Positions 33,819-46,001 of a DNA stretch of 64,000 bases are shown piece by piece. The first letter of the stretch is position 1; each line of letters begins with the position of its first letter. The DNA lies in assembly GCA_964585945.1 (NCBI GenBank), contig CAZPGB010000019.1, forward strand, positions 29,159-93,158. Direction: 5' to 3'. This DNA is from an uncultured bacterium (GTDB lineage Bacteria > Eisenbacteria > RBG-16-71-46 > CAIMUX01 > WJJG01). The notes under the pieces were generated by a model. The model made no database searches and had not been told where the DNA came from. It saw only the letters and a list, made by a program, of their open reading frames with translations. The position numbers and the translations under genes were made by a program.

Positions 33819-35816
33819 TCACATGAAGTAGTCGAAGTCGCGCTCGCTGCGCACGCGCCGCCGCAAGCGGAAGATCTGGGCGGGATTCATCTGCGGGTCG
33901 AGCCGAACGTAGTTGCGGGATCCTTCCCAGAGGTATCTTCCGTCGCCGATCAGATCGTGCACCTGGAAGCTCTCGGCGGGCCCCACCCCGAACTCGTTGG
34001 TCGGCACTTCCAGCCAGGTGTCGTGCGTGTGGTGAGGATCCACGTTGACCGCGACCAGGATGATGTTGGCGAAGTCGGCAGTGTGCTTGCTGAAGAAGAG
34101 AATCTGATCGTTGTCAGTCGCATGGAAGCGCAGCGAATCGTTGGCGTGCAGCGCCGGGTTCTGCCGCCGGATCTCGTTGATCCGCCGGATCAGGGGCCGA
34201 ATGCTCTGCGGCCCGGGATGGCGCCGGCTGCGGATCTCGTACTTCTCGGAGTGGGCATAGTCTTCGGTGCCCGGCAACGCCTCGTTCTCGCAGTCTTCGA
34301 AACCGCTGTGGATGCCGTAGGACGGTCCCAGCGTGGCGGCCAACACCAGACGCGCCTCGAAGGCCGGCCGTCCTCCGTACTGGAGGTATTCGGGCAAGAT
34401 GTCAGGCGTGTTGGTGAAGAAGTTGGGCCGGAAGAAATCGCGCACCGGCGGACGGGTCAGCTCGGTGAGGTAGTCGCGCAGCTCGCGGGCCGTGTTGCGC
34501 CAGGTGAAGTAGGTGTAGGACTGGTCGAAGCCCACCTTGGCGAGGGCGTACATCATCTTGGGCCAGGTGAATGCCTCGGCGAGGAAGATCGTCTCGGGAT
34601 GCTTGGCCTTCACCTCGCGGATCATCCACTCCCAGAAGCGCAGGGGCTTGGTGTGCGGGTTGTCGACGCGGAAGATGCGCACGCCGCGCTCGCACCAGAA
34701 GAGCGTCACGCGCAACAGCTCGTTCCAGAGGTTGCGCCAGTCGGCGCACTCGAAATCCAGCGGATAGATGTCCTGGTACTTCTTGGGCGGATTCTCCGCG
34801 TACTTGATCGTGCCGTCGGGGCGCTGCCGGAACCAGTCGGGATGCTCGCGGGCGTAGGGATGATCGGGCGAGCACTGGAACGCCAGGTCGAGCGCGATCT
34901 CGAGGCCCGCCTCTTCGGCCGCTCGTCGGAAGCGGTCGAAGTCCTTCAGCGTGCCCAGCTCCGGATGCACCGCGGTGTGTCCGCCCGCGCGCGACCCGAT
35001 CGCCCACGGGCTGCCGGGACTGCCGGCAGGCGCCGGCCAGGTGTTGTTCGGCCCCTTGCGATGCGTCTCGCCGATCGGGTGGATCGGCGGCAGATACAGC
35101 ACGTCGAACCCCAGGTGCGCAATCTCGGGCAGGAGCTGAGCCGCCTCCTCGAAGGTGCCGCTGCGCGACGGGTCGGGCGTCGCCGAGCGGGGGAACATCT
35201 CGTACCAGGCGCCGAAGCGGGCGCGCTCACGCGCGACGTCGATCTCCAACACCGCAGGGTGGGCGGTTTCCTGTCGCCGGTCCGGGTGGCGGGCCATCAC
35301 CGCGGCCAGGTCGGCGCCCAGTCCGCCCTCGATCCGCTCGGCCGCCTCGCGCTCGCCTCCATCGAGGATCGCCGCCCGGGCCTCGAGCCAGGCGCGATCC
35401 TCGCCCGATGCGCGCGCGGCCGCCTCCCGCACCAGACGGCCGCCCTCGAGCAGCTCGCTCGAGACCTCTTGATCGGCGGCCACCTTCTTGCTCAGCTCGC
35501 TGCGCCACGAGCTGAACGCGTCGATCCATGCAGCCACGGTGAACTGATACCCGCGGATGCGGTCGGGCTCGATCCGGAAGGTCGCCTCCCAACGGTCGTT
35601 CAGCAGCCGGCGCATCGGCGTCTCCAACCACCGCCGCCCCCCATTGGGCCGGTAGCGCGCCACCGCCGCCAGATGGTCGTGACCGTCCACAAAGATGTCA
35701 GCTGTCACGACGACGGTCTCACCAACCGTTCGCTTCACCGGGAAGCGGCCGCCCTCCACGCTCGGCTGGACGTTCTCGATCCAGACACGCCGGACCAGCT
35801 CATCGCGCAAGCACAA
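33819..35816 (-). CDS. glgE: Alpha-1,4-glucan:maltose-1-phosphate maltosyltransferase
   Basis: Full-length GlgE similarity (IENVQPSVEGGRFPVKR...RVDNPHTKP...). Confidence 0.9.
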   Translation of the reverse strand: MCLRDELVRRVWIENVQPSVEGGRFPVKRTVGETVVVTADIFVDGHDHLAAVARYRPNGGRRWLETPMRRLLNDRWEATFRIEPDRIRGYQFTVAAWIDAFSSWRSELSKKVAADQEVSSELLEGGRLVREAAARASGEDRAWLEARAAILDGGEREAAERIEGGLGADLAAVMARHPDRRQETAHPAVLEIDVARERARFGAWYEMFPRSATPDPSRSGTFEEAAQLLPEIAHLGFDVLYLPPIHPIGETHRKGPNNTWPAPAGSPGSPWAIGSRAGGHTAVHPELGTLKDFDRFRRAAEEAGLEIALDLAFQCSPDHPYAREHPDWFRQRPDGTIKYAENPPKKYQDIYPLDFECADWRNLWNELLRVTLFWCERGVRIFRVDNPHTKPLRFWEWMIREVKAKHPETIFLAEAFTWPKMMYALAKVGFDQSYTYFTWRNTARELRDYLTELTRPPVRDFFRPNFFTNTPDILPEYLQYGGRPAFEARLVLAATLGPSYGIHSGFEDCENEALPGTEDYAHSEKYEIRSRRHPGPQSIRPLIRRINEIRRQNPALHANDSLRFHATDNDQILFFSKHTADFANIILVAVNVDPHHTHDTWLEVPTNEFGVGPAESFQVHDLIGDGRYLWEGSRNYVRLDPQMNPAQIFRLRRRVRSERDFDYFM

Positions 35817-36996
35817 CCTCCTTGTAGACCTCCAGCGTTCGATCCGCCACGCGCCCCCAGGCGAATTCCGCCTCGGCCCGCCGGCGACCGCAGGCGCCCA
35901 TCGTTCGTCGTTCGTCCTCGTTGCGCAGCAGCCGGTTGACCGCCGCCGCGAGGTCGTGGGCGAAGCGCTCGGGATCCCGGGGTTCCGGGTCCTCGGCCGA
36001 GACCGGCTCGAAGGATACGAGCAGCCCCGTCTCTCCCGGAACGACGATGTCCGGAATGCCGCCCACCGCGCTGGCGACCACCGGAACGCCGCAGGCCATC
36101 GCCTCCAGATTGATCAGCCCGAACGGCTCGTAGACCGAAGGACAGCAGAAGACGGCGCTGTGGCTGTAGAGCGCCACCGCCTCCTCGCGCGACAGATGCT
36201 CGCGGATCCAGACCACCCCGGACCGGCGTTCGCGCAGCCGGGCGATCGCCGCCTCGGTGTCGCGCGCGATCTCGGGAGAGTCGGGAGACGCCGCACAGAC
36301 AACGATTTGGGTCCCATTGTCGAACTGCTCGGCGGCGCGCAGGAAGTGCTCGATCCCCTTTTGCCGGCTCATGCGACCCAGGAACAGCACATAGGGGGAT
36401 TCCCCAGAGATGGCATGGCGCCCGAGCAACCCGGTGTTCGAGGTCGGACGGTAGACCTGCGTGTCGACGCCGTTGGGCACAACGTGCACCCGCTGCTCAG
36501 GCACCGGGAAGAGCGAGAGGATCCGATCCCGCTCGTTGCCCGACACCGCGATGACCGCATCGGCCATCGTGAGCAGGGTTCGCTCCAGCCAGAGCGACAC
36601 GTCGTAGCCGCGGCCGAGCTGCTCCCGCTTCCACGGCCGCAGCGGCTCCAGTGAATGCACTGTGGCGACGAGCGGCACGCCGTAGGCCAGCTTGGCCAGG
36701 ATGCCGCCCCAGGCGCTGTACCAGGTGTGGCAGTGCACCACATCAGCCTCGATCGGCTCGGCGTTGAAGGACACGCCCGTCTCGATCGCCATCAGGGCCA
36801 GACGCGCCTTGTCCGGATTGGCCGCCAGCCGCGCGTCGCCGAACGGATAGCCGCGCACCTGAAGGCGCTCGCCGCGCTGCTCCTGGTCGCCGAAGCACTT
36901 CACCTCGACCCGCGCGCGCTTGGCCATCTCGCGCGCCAGATGCTCTAGGTGCACGCCCGCGCCGCCGTAGACGTGCGGCGGGTATTCGCGCGCCAT
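35800..36996 (-). CDS. GT4 glycosyltransferase, GlgA/GlgM-like (alpha-glucan or maltose-1-phosphate synthase)
   Basis: Start at MAREYPPHVYGGAGVHLEHL. GT4 motifs: EPFGLINLEAMACGVPVVASAVGG. It sits between glgX and glgE, as in actinobacterial GlgE loci. Confidence 0.75.
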   Translation of the reverse strand: MAREYPPHVYGGAGVHLEHLAREMAKRARVEVKCFGDQEQRGERLQVRGYPFGDARLAANPDKARLALMAIETGVSFNAEPIEADVVHCHTWYSAWGGILAKLAYGVPLVATVHSLEPLRPWKREQLGRGYDVSLWLERTLLTMADAVIAVSGNERDRILSLFPVPEQRVHVVPNGVDTQVYRPTSNTGLLGRHAISGESPYVLFLGRMSRQKGIEHFLRAAEQFDNGTQIVVCAASPDSPEIARDTEAAIARLRERRSGVVWIREHLSREEAVALYSHSAVFCCPSVYEPFGLINLEAMACGVPVVASAVGGIPDIVVPGETGLLVSFEPVSAEDPEPRDPERFAHDLAAAVNRLLRNEDERRTMGACGRRRAEAEFAWGRVADRTLEVYKEVVLAR

Positions 36997-37085
36997 GTAG
37001 ACGACCCGCAAGAAGGGTCCCTCTGTCACAGCCGACCTCCCTTTTCTCGCCTCGGCCCGGCACGGCCGGGGCGGGTTCTTTCGAT

Positions 37086-39227
<2,142 letters not shown>

Positions 39228-39428
39228 CGTGAACCTCCGATCTGCCTTGGCGTTTCCGGCTCCAGGCGTGGCCGCCGCGCGTCCTAGCCGGAGTCCGCGC
39301 GGCAACACAGGGTGCCACGGTCACATATCCCGCTTGCCGAACGGTCCCACGCTACAACCCGAGGCCCGCTTCAAGCGAGCGCGTTCTGCGATCGACCTGC
39401 GCCGGATTCGGTGAAGAGCCCACCGCCA

Positions 39429-40028
39429 TCACTTCCCCTTCCGCCGCGGAAACAGCCGTCGCAATCCCGTGCCGCCCATCGTGACGCCCACGGGCAGGGG
39501 CGCAGTATCACTGGCGTAGCGCACATCCTCGATGGTGTAGAACGCGCGGGGGTTCCAGCGGCGGATCACGTCCAACACCCGCCGCAGGTGCCGGCGCCGG
39601 ATGACGGTGAAGAGGACCTCCACCGGTCCGCGGGCGCCTTCACCGTGTACTTGCGTGACGCGGTAGCCCGCCTTGGTCAGGAAGCGGCGCAGGCGCGTGG
39701 AATCGGTGCTGATCATCACCCGCACCATCGCCAGCCCCATGGCCAGACGGCCTTCCAGAAAGAGCCCCACGAAATTGCCCGCCGCGAAGCCGGCCGCATA
39801 GGCCAGGTAGCAGGCCGGGTTGCTCAGGTTCTTCATGATCTGCCCGATGGCCAGAAGCCAGATGATGATCTCCACGAACCCCAACACCGGCGCCATGACG
39901 CGCATGCCCCGGTTGAGCAGAATCAGCCGCAGCGTTCCCAAGGAGACGTCGGCGATGCGCGCGAGGAAAATCAGCACCGGTAGCAGCCCATACTGGAACC
40001 AGGCCGAGTCGGCCGTCAGCCCGAACAT
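39429..40028 (-). CDS. Small membrane protein with DUF2179-type C-terminal domain (YitT-related)
   Basis: Three predicted TM helices, then GYRVTQVHGEGARGPVEVLFTVIRRRHLRRVLDVIRRWNPRAFYTIEDVR. It lies 12 nt downstream of the HEAT-PPIase gene. Confidence 0.5.
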   Translation of the reverse strand: MFGLTADSAWFQYGLLPVLIFLARIADVSLGTLRLILLNRGMRVMAPVLGFVEIIIWLLAIGQIMKNLSNPACYLAYAAGFAAGNFVGLFLEGRLAMGLAMVRVMISTDSTRLRRFLTKAGYRVTQVHGEGARGPVEVLFTVIRRRHLRRVLDVIRRWNPRAFYTIEDVRYASDTAPLPVGVTMGGTGLRRLFPRRKGK

Positions 40029-40040
40029 GGAAGTCCCTCT

Positions 40041-42317
40041 CTAACGTGGTTGCCCGCCGTCGCGCACGATGCGTACGCGCTCAATCGGATCCCCCTGTAC
40101 AATCGCGCCCAGTGCGTCCCATCCGTCGATCAGCCGCCCGAAAATCGTGTAGCGGCCGTCCAGATGCGGTTGATCCGACAGCGCCAGGAAGAACTGGCTT
40201 CCACCGGTGTCCTTGCCCGCGTGCGCCATGCCCAGCGTGCCCGGCTCGTAGTGAAGCGGGTTGTACTCGCACCGAATCGCATAGCCCGGGCCGCCCCAGC
40301 CGTCGCCGCGGGGGCAGCCGTCCTGGACGACGAAGTCGGGCACCACGCGGTGCCAACGGCCGTCGTCGTAGAAGCCGTTGCCCGAGAGACGCGCGAAGTT
40401 GGCCACCGTGAGCGGCGCATCCGCGCCGTACAACGCGATGCGCAGCGTGCCGGCCGCGGTCTCTAGGATGGCCTCGCGGCTCGCGCGCGCATTGCGCAGC
40501 AGGCGGGCGTAGTCCTGCGCCGTCCGCCCGGTGTCTTGAGGACGCGGGCGCAGCCCCCGGGCCGCCGGGGCCCACGCATCATCGGACGAGGCCGCTTCCT
40601 GCAGCGCGCTCCGAGCCGCCGTGCGGACGCGGCGATCCTCATCGTGGAGCGCGATGGCGTAGAGCCGCCTCGCAGCCTCGATGCGGTGATCGGACTCGAG
40701 GAGATCGGCCCACAGTCCCACCAGCGAGCCGCGCACGTCGGCGGACGGATCGCGCGCCAGTGGCTCCAGGTGACCGGCCAGGATCGCCATCTGACGCTCG
40801 GAGAGCGGCGACGCGCCCGGCTGCCCCAGCACCTGCCGGACGCCTTCGACCACCAGGAGCCGCAGGACCTCATCGCCGCTCTCAGAGAAGCTCGCCATCT
40901 CCAGCAGCAACGACTCCAGATCGATACCGTCCGCCGCGCGCAGCGACATCCAGACGATCACGACCGCTTTGGCCACGCGCGGGTCATCATCGAGGCATCG
41001 GCGCGTGAGCTGGCGCAGGAGGCGGCGCTCGGGAGCTTCCCTGTCCGCCGGTGTGGGGGCATCCTCCCCGCTCGCCATGCTATCGGCAGCGACCGCTTCC
41101 CCGATCGCCGCCAGCTCGGCAGCGGCGGCGAAGCGCACCGACCAGTCGCGGTCCTCCAGTGCGCGGGCAACCAAGTGCAGGGCCTGCTGGATGAGATCGC
41201 CGTCGCGGCAGGCCCCGATCGCCACCTCGTAGGCCACGGCCCGCTCCCACGCCAAGGGCGCATCGAACCGGTCGCCGATCAGCTCGAACAGCCGGGGCGG
41301 CTCGTGCACCGCGCCCAGCGCGCGCAGCAGCTCCACCTGCACGTGAGGGTGCGGATCACAGAAGGCCAGTCGGGAGGTCTCCTGCTCGGGGCGGCCCACC
41401 AGCAACCCGCCCAGGCTGCGGACCGCCTCCACGCGCGCCCGGGGATCGGGATCGCTGAGCGCTGCGGCCAGCGCATCCCGCGCCGGCTGCGCCAACGAGG
41501 CCAGCGGCTCCTCGGGGTCGGGCGTGTCGGACGGATCCGGCGACGCCAGGGCGCGCAGACCCCGCAGCGCCTGCAGGCGCACACGCAGGTCCGCGTCGCC
41601 GCACAGCTCCAGCAGCCGACCCAGGATGGCGGCGAGCTGCTGCTGTGAGAGCGCGGCGCCGCCCGGAATGGGCGTTCGTCCCGACGCGCGCGCGCCCGCC
41701 ATGCGCATCAACGCGTAGGCGGCGCGCCAGCGGGTCTCGACGTCGCGGTCCGTGCTGAGCTTCAGCACCGCGTCGACGTGCAGCGGGCGCGTGCCCTTCC
41801 AGACCGCCAATAGCGCCGCCTGCCGGACGCCGGCATCGGCGTCCTCTAGCGCGGACGCCATCGCCGCCGGGTGCGGGTCGGGCCCGCAGCGGCCCAACGC
41901 CTCCACCGCGGCGGCGCGCACCTCGGCGCTCTCCTCGGATCCCGCGGCCAGAAGCGCCGCCACGCCGGCCCCGGCCGCCTCGCTCTGCACCAGGCCGAGC
42001 GCGAAGGCTGCCATGGCCCGGACTTCGGCTGAGGGGTCGCGGCGCAAGAGGTCGGACAGCATGGCGCGGGCCGTGGCCGCCTGGGCGTCGTCCTCGCCCG
42101 TCGTGGGCCCGGCGATCCTTCCCGCCGCCAGCGCGGCCCGCGCGCGCACTTCGGGCGCAGGGTCGGCCAGGAACGGCCGCAGCCGGTGCACCGACTCGCG
42201 CCGGTCCTCCAGCCTCAGGATGCGCGCTTCGGTATCGATCGACATCGACGCACCGCATGCCGGCGTGAAGGCCGCCGCGCAGCAGGCTATGACCATCAGC
42301 GTGAATTGCACTCTCAC
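40041..42317 (-). CDS. HEAT-repeat (PBS-lyase-like) protein fused to C-terminal cyclophilin-type peptidyl-prolyl isomerase; N-terminal signal/lipoprotein-like
   Basis: GTG start overlaps the kinase stop (ACGTGAGAGTG), with a GGGAGGTG RBS. Several xEVRxxAAxALG HEAT motifs are present. The cyclophilin core is FARLSGNGFYDDGRWHRVVPDFVVQDGCPRGDGWGGPGY...GMAHAGKDTGGSQFFL...LDGRYTIFG. The upstream 560 aa of the 1323-aa track ORF is a wrong-frame artefact over the kinase gene. Confidence 0.75.
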   Translation of the reverse strand: MRVQFTLMVIACCAAAFTPACGASMSIDTEARILRLEDRRESVHRLRPFLADPAPEVRARAALAAGRIAGPTTGEDDAQAATARAMLSDLLRRDPSAEVRAMAAFALGLVQSEAAGAGVAALLAAGSEESAEVRAAAVEALGRCGPDPHPAAMASALEDADAGVRQAALLAVWKGTRPLHVDAVLKLSTDRDVETRWRAAYALMRMAGARASGRTPIPGGAALSQQQLAAILGRLLELCGDADLRVRLQALRGLRALASPDPSDTPDPEEPLASLAQPARDALAAALSDPDPRARVEAVRSLGGLLVGRPEQETSRLAFCDPHPHVQVELLRALGAVHEPPRLFELIGDRFDAPLAWERAVAYEVAIGACRDGDLIQQALHLVARALEDRDWSVRFAAAAELAAIGEAVAADSMASGEDAPTPADREAPERRLLRQLTRRCLDDDPRVAKAVVIVWMSLRAADGIDLESLLLEMASFSESGDEVLRLLVVEGVRQVLGQPGASPLSERQMAILAGHLEPLARDPSADVRGSLVGLWADLLESDHRIEAARRLYAIALHDEDRRVRTAARSALQEAASSDDAWAPAARGLRPRPQDTGRTAQDYARLLRNARASREAILETAAGTLRIALYGADAPLTVANFARLSGNGFYDDGRWHRVVPDFVVQDGCPRGDGWGGPGYAIRCEYNPLHYEPGTLGMAHAGKDTGGSQFFLALSDQPHLDGRYTIFGRLIDGWDALGAIVQGDPIERVRIVRDGGQPR

Positions 42318-43957
42318 GTCAACACCTCCCGCGGCATCGCCGCAACCGGCTCGGTTGTGACCGGTGCGGGGAAATGCGTGTCCCACCACTGCCTGGCCCG
42401 CGCGGTCGTCCAGGGCTCGGCCAGGTGGATCTCGTCCAGCATCTGCATCAGCGCGTCCATCGACGGCGGTCGCCGCTCGGGGTCCTTCTCCAGACATGCC
42501 AGGATGACATCGTCCACGCGAGCGGGAATCGGCAGCTCGGTGCGCCGCGACGGCGGATCGGGGGCATCCTTGGCGTGCATCACCATCGCTTGCATCGGCG
42601 TTTCGGCCTCGAAGACGGTCTGGCCGGTCAGCAGCCAGTAGGCCACGCACCCCAGCGCGTACGTGTCGACGCGCGCATCGACGGACCGGTTGCCCACCAC
42701 CACCTCGGGCGCCATGAACGCCGGGGTGCCGAGGGTCTGCCCCTCCTGGGTGATGGTGGCCTCCTCCATCGAGAGATCGGGGCTGGGCTTGACCAGGCCG
42801 AAGTCGAGCACCTTGATGAAGTCGAGGTCGCGACCCAGCCGGCAGGTGTAGATGTTGGCCGGCTTGATGTCGCGGTGGATCAAGCCCTGCTCGTGCGCGT
42901 CGGCCAGCGAGTGGCAGACCTGCCGCAGCAGGTGCACCACCCGCGCGGCCGGCAACGGTCCGAAGCGGCGGACGAGCTGATCCAGGTTCAGCCCGTCGAG
43001 CAGCTCCATCACGTAGTAGAACACGCCGTCGGCCGCCACCCCGAAGTCGTAGAGGTCGATCGTGTGCGGCGATCCCAGGGCCGCCGTCGCCTGCGCCTCG
43101 CGCTCGAAGCGGCGCAGCACCGTCTGGGGTTCCTCGCTGCGGCGGCTGAGCACCTCGGGGCGAATCAGCTTGACGGCGGCCGGGCGGGCCAGCATGCGGT
43201 GCTTCGCCTTCCACACCTCGCCCATGCCGCCCTTGCCCAGCAGCTCGGTGAGCCGATAGCTGCCCAGTTCGCGCGCCCGCCGCATCTCGCGCCCCAGGTG
43301 GTGGACGATGAAGGCGGGAATGGTGGCCATGTCGGCAACGATGAAGACCGGCACATACAGATTGAGAAACGTCAACCAGCTTCCCTGACTCAGACCCGAC
43401 CATACGATCACCAGATAGGCCAACGGGCCCGTGGCCGCGGTGGCGCAGGCCACGAGGAAGGTCTTCCGCGGCGTGGCCGGGACCAGCAAGGGAAACAGCA
43501 GCAGCAGCACGCAGACCCAGGAGATGCCTACGTTGGGCATGCCGTAGAGCGTCCCGTCCACGAATCGCATGGGCTCTTGGACCACCAGGTGATAGAGCCC
43601 TTCCAGAAAAGAGATCAGCAGGGCCATGATGAACTGGTAGAGGAAGCCGAGCTTGACGACCGCGCGGTCGGAGAGCCGCCTGCTGCGGGTGGCGGCGAAC
43701 ATCAGCACCGAGAGCAGCGTGGAGACGCCGTGGAACGCCACCTCCTCGGCGTGCAGGGGCAGGCCGACCCCGAGGGAGAGACCGATGTTGAGCCCGCCGC
43801 CGGCCACACCAAACGCCAGGCCCAGCAGAAGCGCCGCCAAACCCATCCGCTTGCGGGCGAAGTCGGGCAGCCCGTCGGACCAGCCGGGGGTGTGCAGGGA
43901 ATGCTTCGAGAGCAGGATCTCTCCCAGCTTGCTTCGTACGCGCGATTCGGTCGCCAT
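42314..43957 (-). CDS. Membrane-embedded serine/threonine protein kinase (N-terminal 5-6 TM region, C-terminal Hanks kinase)
   Basis: Kinase motifs: GKGGMGEVWKA...VKLI, HRDIKPANI, DFG, GTPAFMAPE. Confidence 0.85.
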   Translation of the reverse strand: MATESRVRSKLGEILLSKHSLHTPGWSDGLPDFARKRMGLAALLLGLAFGVAGGGLNIGLSLGVGLPLHAEEVAFHGVSTLLSVLMFAATRSRRLSDRAVVKLGFLYQFIMALLISFLEGLYHLVVQEPMRFVDGTLYGMPNVGISWVCVLLLLFPLLVPATPRKTFLVACATAATGPLAYLVIVWSGLSQGSWLTFLNLYVPVFIVADMATIPAFIVHHLGREMRRARELGSYRLTELLGKGGMGEVWKAKHRMLARPAAVKLIRPEVLSRRSEEPQTVLRRFEREAQATAALGSPHTIDLYDFGVAADGVFYYVMELLDGLNLDQLVRRFGPLPAARVVHLLRQVCHSLADAHEQGLIHRDIKPANIYTCRLGRDLDFIKVLDFGLVKPSPDLSMEEATITQEGQTLGTPAFMAPEVVVGNRSVDARVDTYALGCVAYWLLTGQTVFEAETPMQAMVMHAKDAPDPPSRRTELPIPARVDDVILACLEKDPERRPPSMDALMQMLDEIHLAEPWTTARARQWWDTHFPAPVTTEPVAAMPREVLT

Positions 43958-44106
43958 GATCACCAAACCTCCGCCGTCGGCGCTCATGGCGCCGGGCTCC
44001 CGGGAGCAGCAACGCGAGAAACTCTACGCGTCGGCGGGGACGAAATCCAGGACAGGGATGGAAACGCTTCTCGAGCGTGGTGTCGGGAGCGGGCGGGTTG
44101 CGGCGG

Positions 44107-45900
44107 CTACTTCAGCCGCAGCAGCCGCAGCGCCGGGCCGTCGGATGGGCCACCGATCCGGACCAGGTAGAGACCGCCCGGCACCGGGCGTCCCCGGTCG
44201 TCGGTGCCGTCCCACTCGACGCTGCGCGGGCCCGTCCGGGCGTCCAGCACCAATCGCCGCACGCGGCGACCGGCGGCATCGGTGATGCGCACGACCGGAG
44301 GATCGTCTGCGGCCGCCGGCCGCGGCCCCGTGAAGGTCAGCCGGGTGCGGCCGGCGAAGGGATTGGGTCGCGCGGCCAGCAGGACGTCCGGCTCAAACAG
44401 GTCCGCCCGCTCCTCCGCGATGTCGCTGCTGCCCTGGAAGAGGAAGAGCGCGTTGTAGAGGCTGAGCCGCCCGCCCGAGACGGTCTTGCCCTCCAGGCTG
44501 GGCAATAGGTCGACCCCGTCCAGGATCGCCTGCTTGACCTGAAGCACGACCGCGTCCGGGTCTTGCCGGTAATCGGTCAGCCAGGGCGTGGTCGCCGCGG
44601 CCGCCATCAGCGCGACGCTGCCGGCGACATGGGGCGAGGCCTGCGAGGTGCCGGTGCGGGTTTCGTAGTCGTTGCCGACGTCGGTCGACAGCACGTAGTC
44701 GCCCGGCGCGCCCAGGTCGATCGTCGTCGGTCCCCAGGCCGAGCGGTACTGGATGACGTTGCCGATCGTGGTGCAGGTCACCGTGATCAGGTAGTCGCTC
44801 GGACAGGCGGTCGGCATGTCGCCCTCGAGGTCGATATTCCAGTTGTGATTGGCCGTCGCCGCCGTGCTCAGCACCCCCTCCTCGCCGAGGGCATCGTACA
44901 TCGCGCACCAGAGCGGATACGCGGCCGGGTCGCCGCGGTCGATGCCAAAGGAGCTATTGGCTACCACGACGAAGGCGCCCTCGGTGCCGGAGCTCGCGTT
45001 GTAGCGGGCGCGCATCTCGAGCACGTAGCCGTAGGCCTCGCAGACCACCGCCTCGCTCTCGGCCGACCCGACCACGGGCAGCACGTATCCTTCCCAGTTG
45101 ACGCCGCTGATGCCGACGCCGTTGTCGCCGATCGCCGCCGCGATGCCGGTCACGTGCGCGCCGTGGGAGGCGTCGGGGATCGTGCCGTCGTGGGCGATCG
45201 CGTTCCACCCGTGGTAGTCATCGACGTAGCCGTTGCCGTCGTCGTCCTGGCCGTTGTTCGGGACCTCGCGCCAGTTCTTCCAGAAACGCAGGTCCTCGTG
45301 CGTGAGGCAGGAGCCGTCGTCGACAATGGCGATCACGACCGTGTCGCCCAGCGCGGTCACGCCCCCCGTGTGACGCTCCCACGCCTCGGGCGCATCGATG
45401 TCGGAGTCGGGCACGCCGCCCTGACCGCCCTGGTAGTCGAGCGCCCACTGATCGGGAAAGAGCGGGTCGTTCGGGTAGAGCGAGCGGTTCTGGACGTAGT
45501 GGTTGCGCTGGGCCAGACGCACCGCCGGATGGGCCCGCACGCGTCCGAGCAGCGCCGGCTCGGCGTCGGCATCGGCCGCGTGACGGAAGAGCCAGATGCC
45601 CATGCGCCGCGACAGGAGCCGCGCCGCCTCGAGCCCCTCGGCCGCGAACGCATCCTCCAGAGCACCCACCTCGGCGGTCGGCTCGGCCGGGGCGGGTTGC
45701 GCCGCGAAGGGCAGGCTGGGATCGGGCGCGAGCTGGATCAGCATCTCGCCGGGAACGTAGGGGGCCTCCGCCGCCGGTGGTCCTGGAACGGCCAGGATCG
45801 CCGCGCACCCAACGGCCGCCGCGAGACGGCCGGCACCCATCTTGGAAGCTCGGCGCCGGGGCGGCATCCTCTTCGAACCACGTTGCACCATCATCCGCAT
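44107..45900 (-). CDS. Subtilisin-like serine protease (S8) with C-terminal T9SS sorting domain
   Basis: Signal peptide present. Catalytic Asp (VAIVDDG), His (HGAHVTGIAAA) and Ser (GTSQASPHVAGSVALM). CTD: TRLTFTGPRP...VVRITDAAGRRVRRLVLDARTGPRSVEWDG...GLYLVRI. Confidence 0.85.
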   Translation of the reverse strand: MRMMVQRGSKRMPPRRRASKMGAGRLAAAVGCAAILAVPGPPAAEAPYVPGEMLIQLAPDPSLPFAAQPAPAEPTAEVGALEDAFAAEGLEAARLLSRRMGIWLFRHAADADAEPALLGRVRAHPAVRLAQRNHYVQNRSLYPNDPLFPDQWALDYQGGQGGVPDSDIDAPEAWERHTGGVTALGDTVVIAIVDDGSCLTHEDLRFWKNWREVPNNGQDDDGNGYVDDYHGWNAIAHDGTIPDASHGAHVTGIAAAIGDNGVGISGVNWEGYVLPVVGSAESEAVVCEAYGYVLEMRARYNASSGTEGAFVVVANSSFGIDRGDPAAYPLWCAMYDALGEEGVLSTAATANHNWNIDLEGDMPTACPSDYLITVTCTTIGNVIQYRSAWGPTTIDLGAPGDYVLSTDVGNDYETRTGTSQASPHVAGSVALMAAAATTPWLTDYRQDPDAVVLQVKQAILDGVDLLPSLEGKTVSGGRLSLYNALFLFQGSSDIAEERADLFEPDVLLAARPNPFAGRTRLTFTGPRPAAADDPPVVRITDAAGRRVRRLVLDARTGPRSVEWDGTDDRGRPVPGGLYLVRIGGPSDGPALRLLRLK

Positions 45901-46001
45901 CTCCCGCCGGCGGCGGTTGTGATGCGCCGGCGCTCGTCCTCACCTATCGGCCAGCGCCCGACCGATCTCGCTCGTCTCGTCGCTGGCTCGCGTCTCCCGC
46001 G

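Noticed and set aside
40041-44012. 1323-aa ORF on the minus strand
   Set aside because: Only the C-terminal ~758 aa (HEAT + cyclophilin, from the GTG at 42317) is real. The N-terminal 560 aa is an Arg/Pro/Gly-rich wrong-frame read over the genuine kinase gene (42314..43957), which has clear Hanks motifs.
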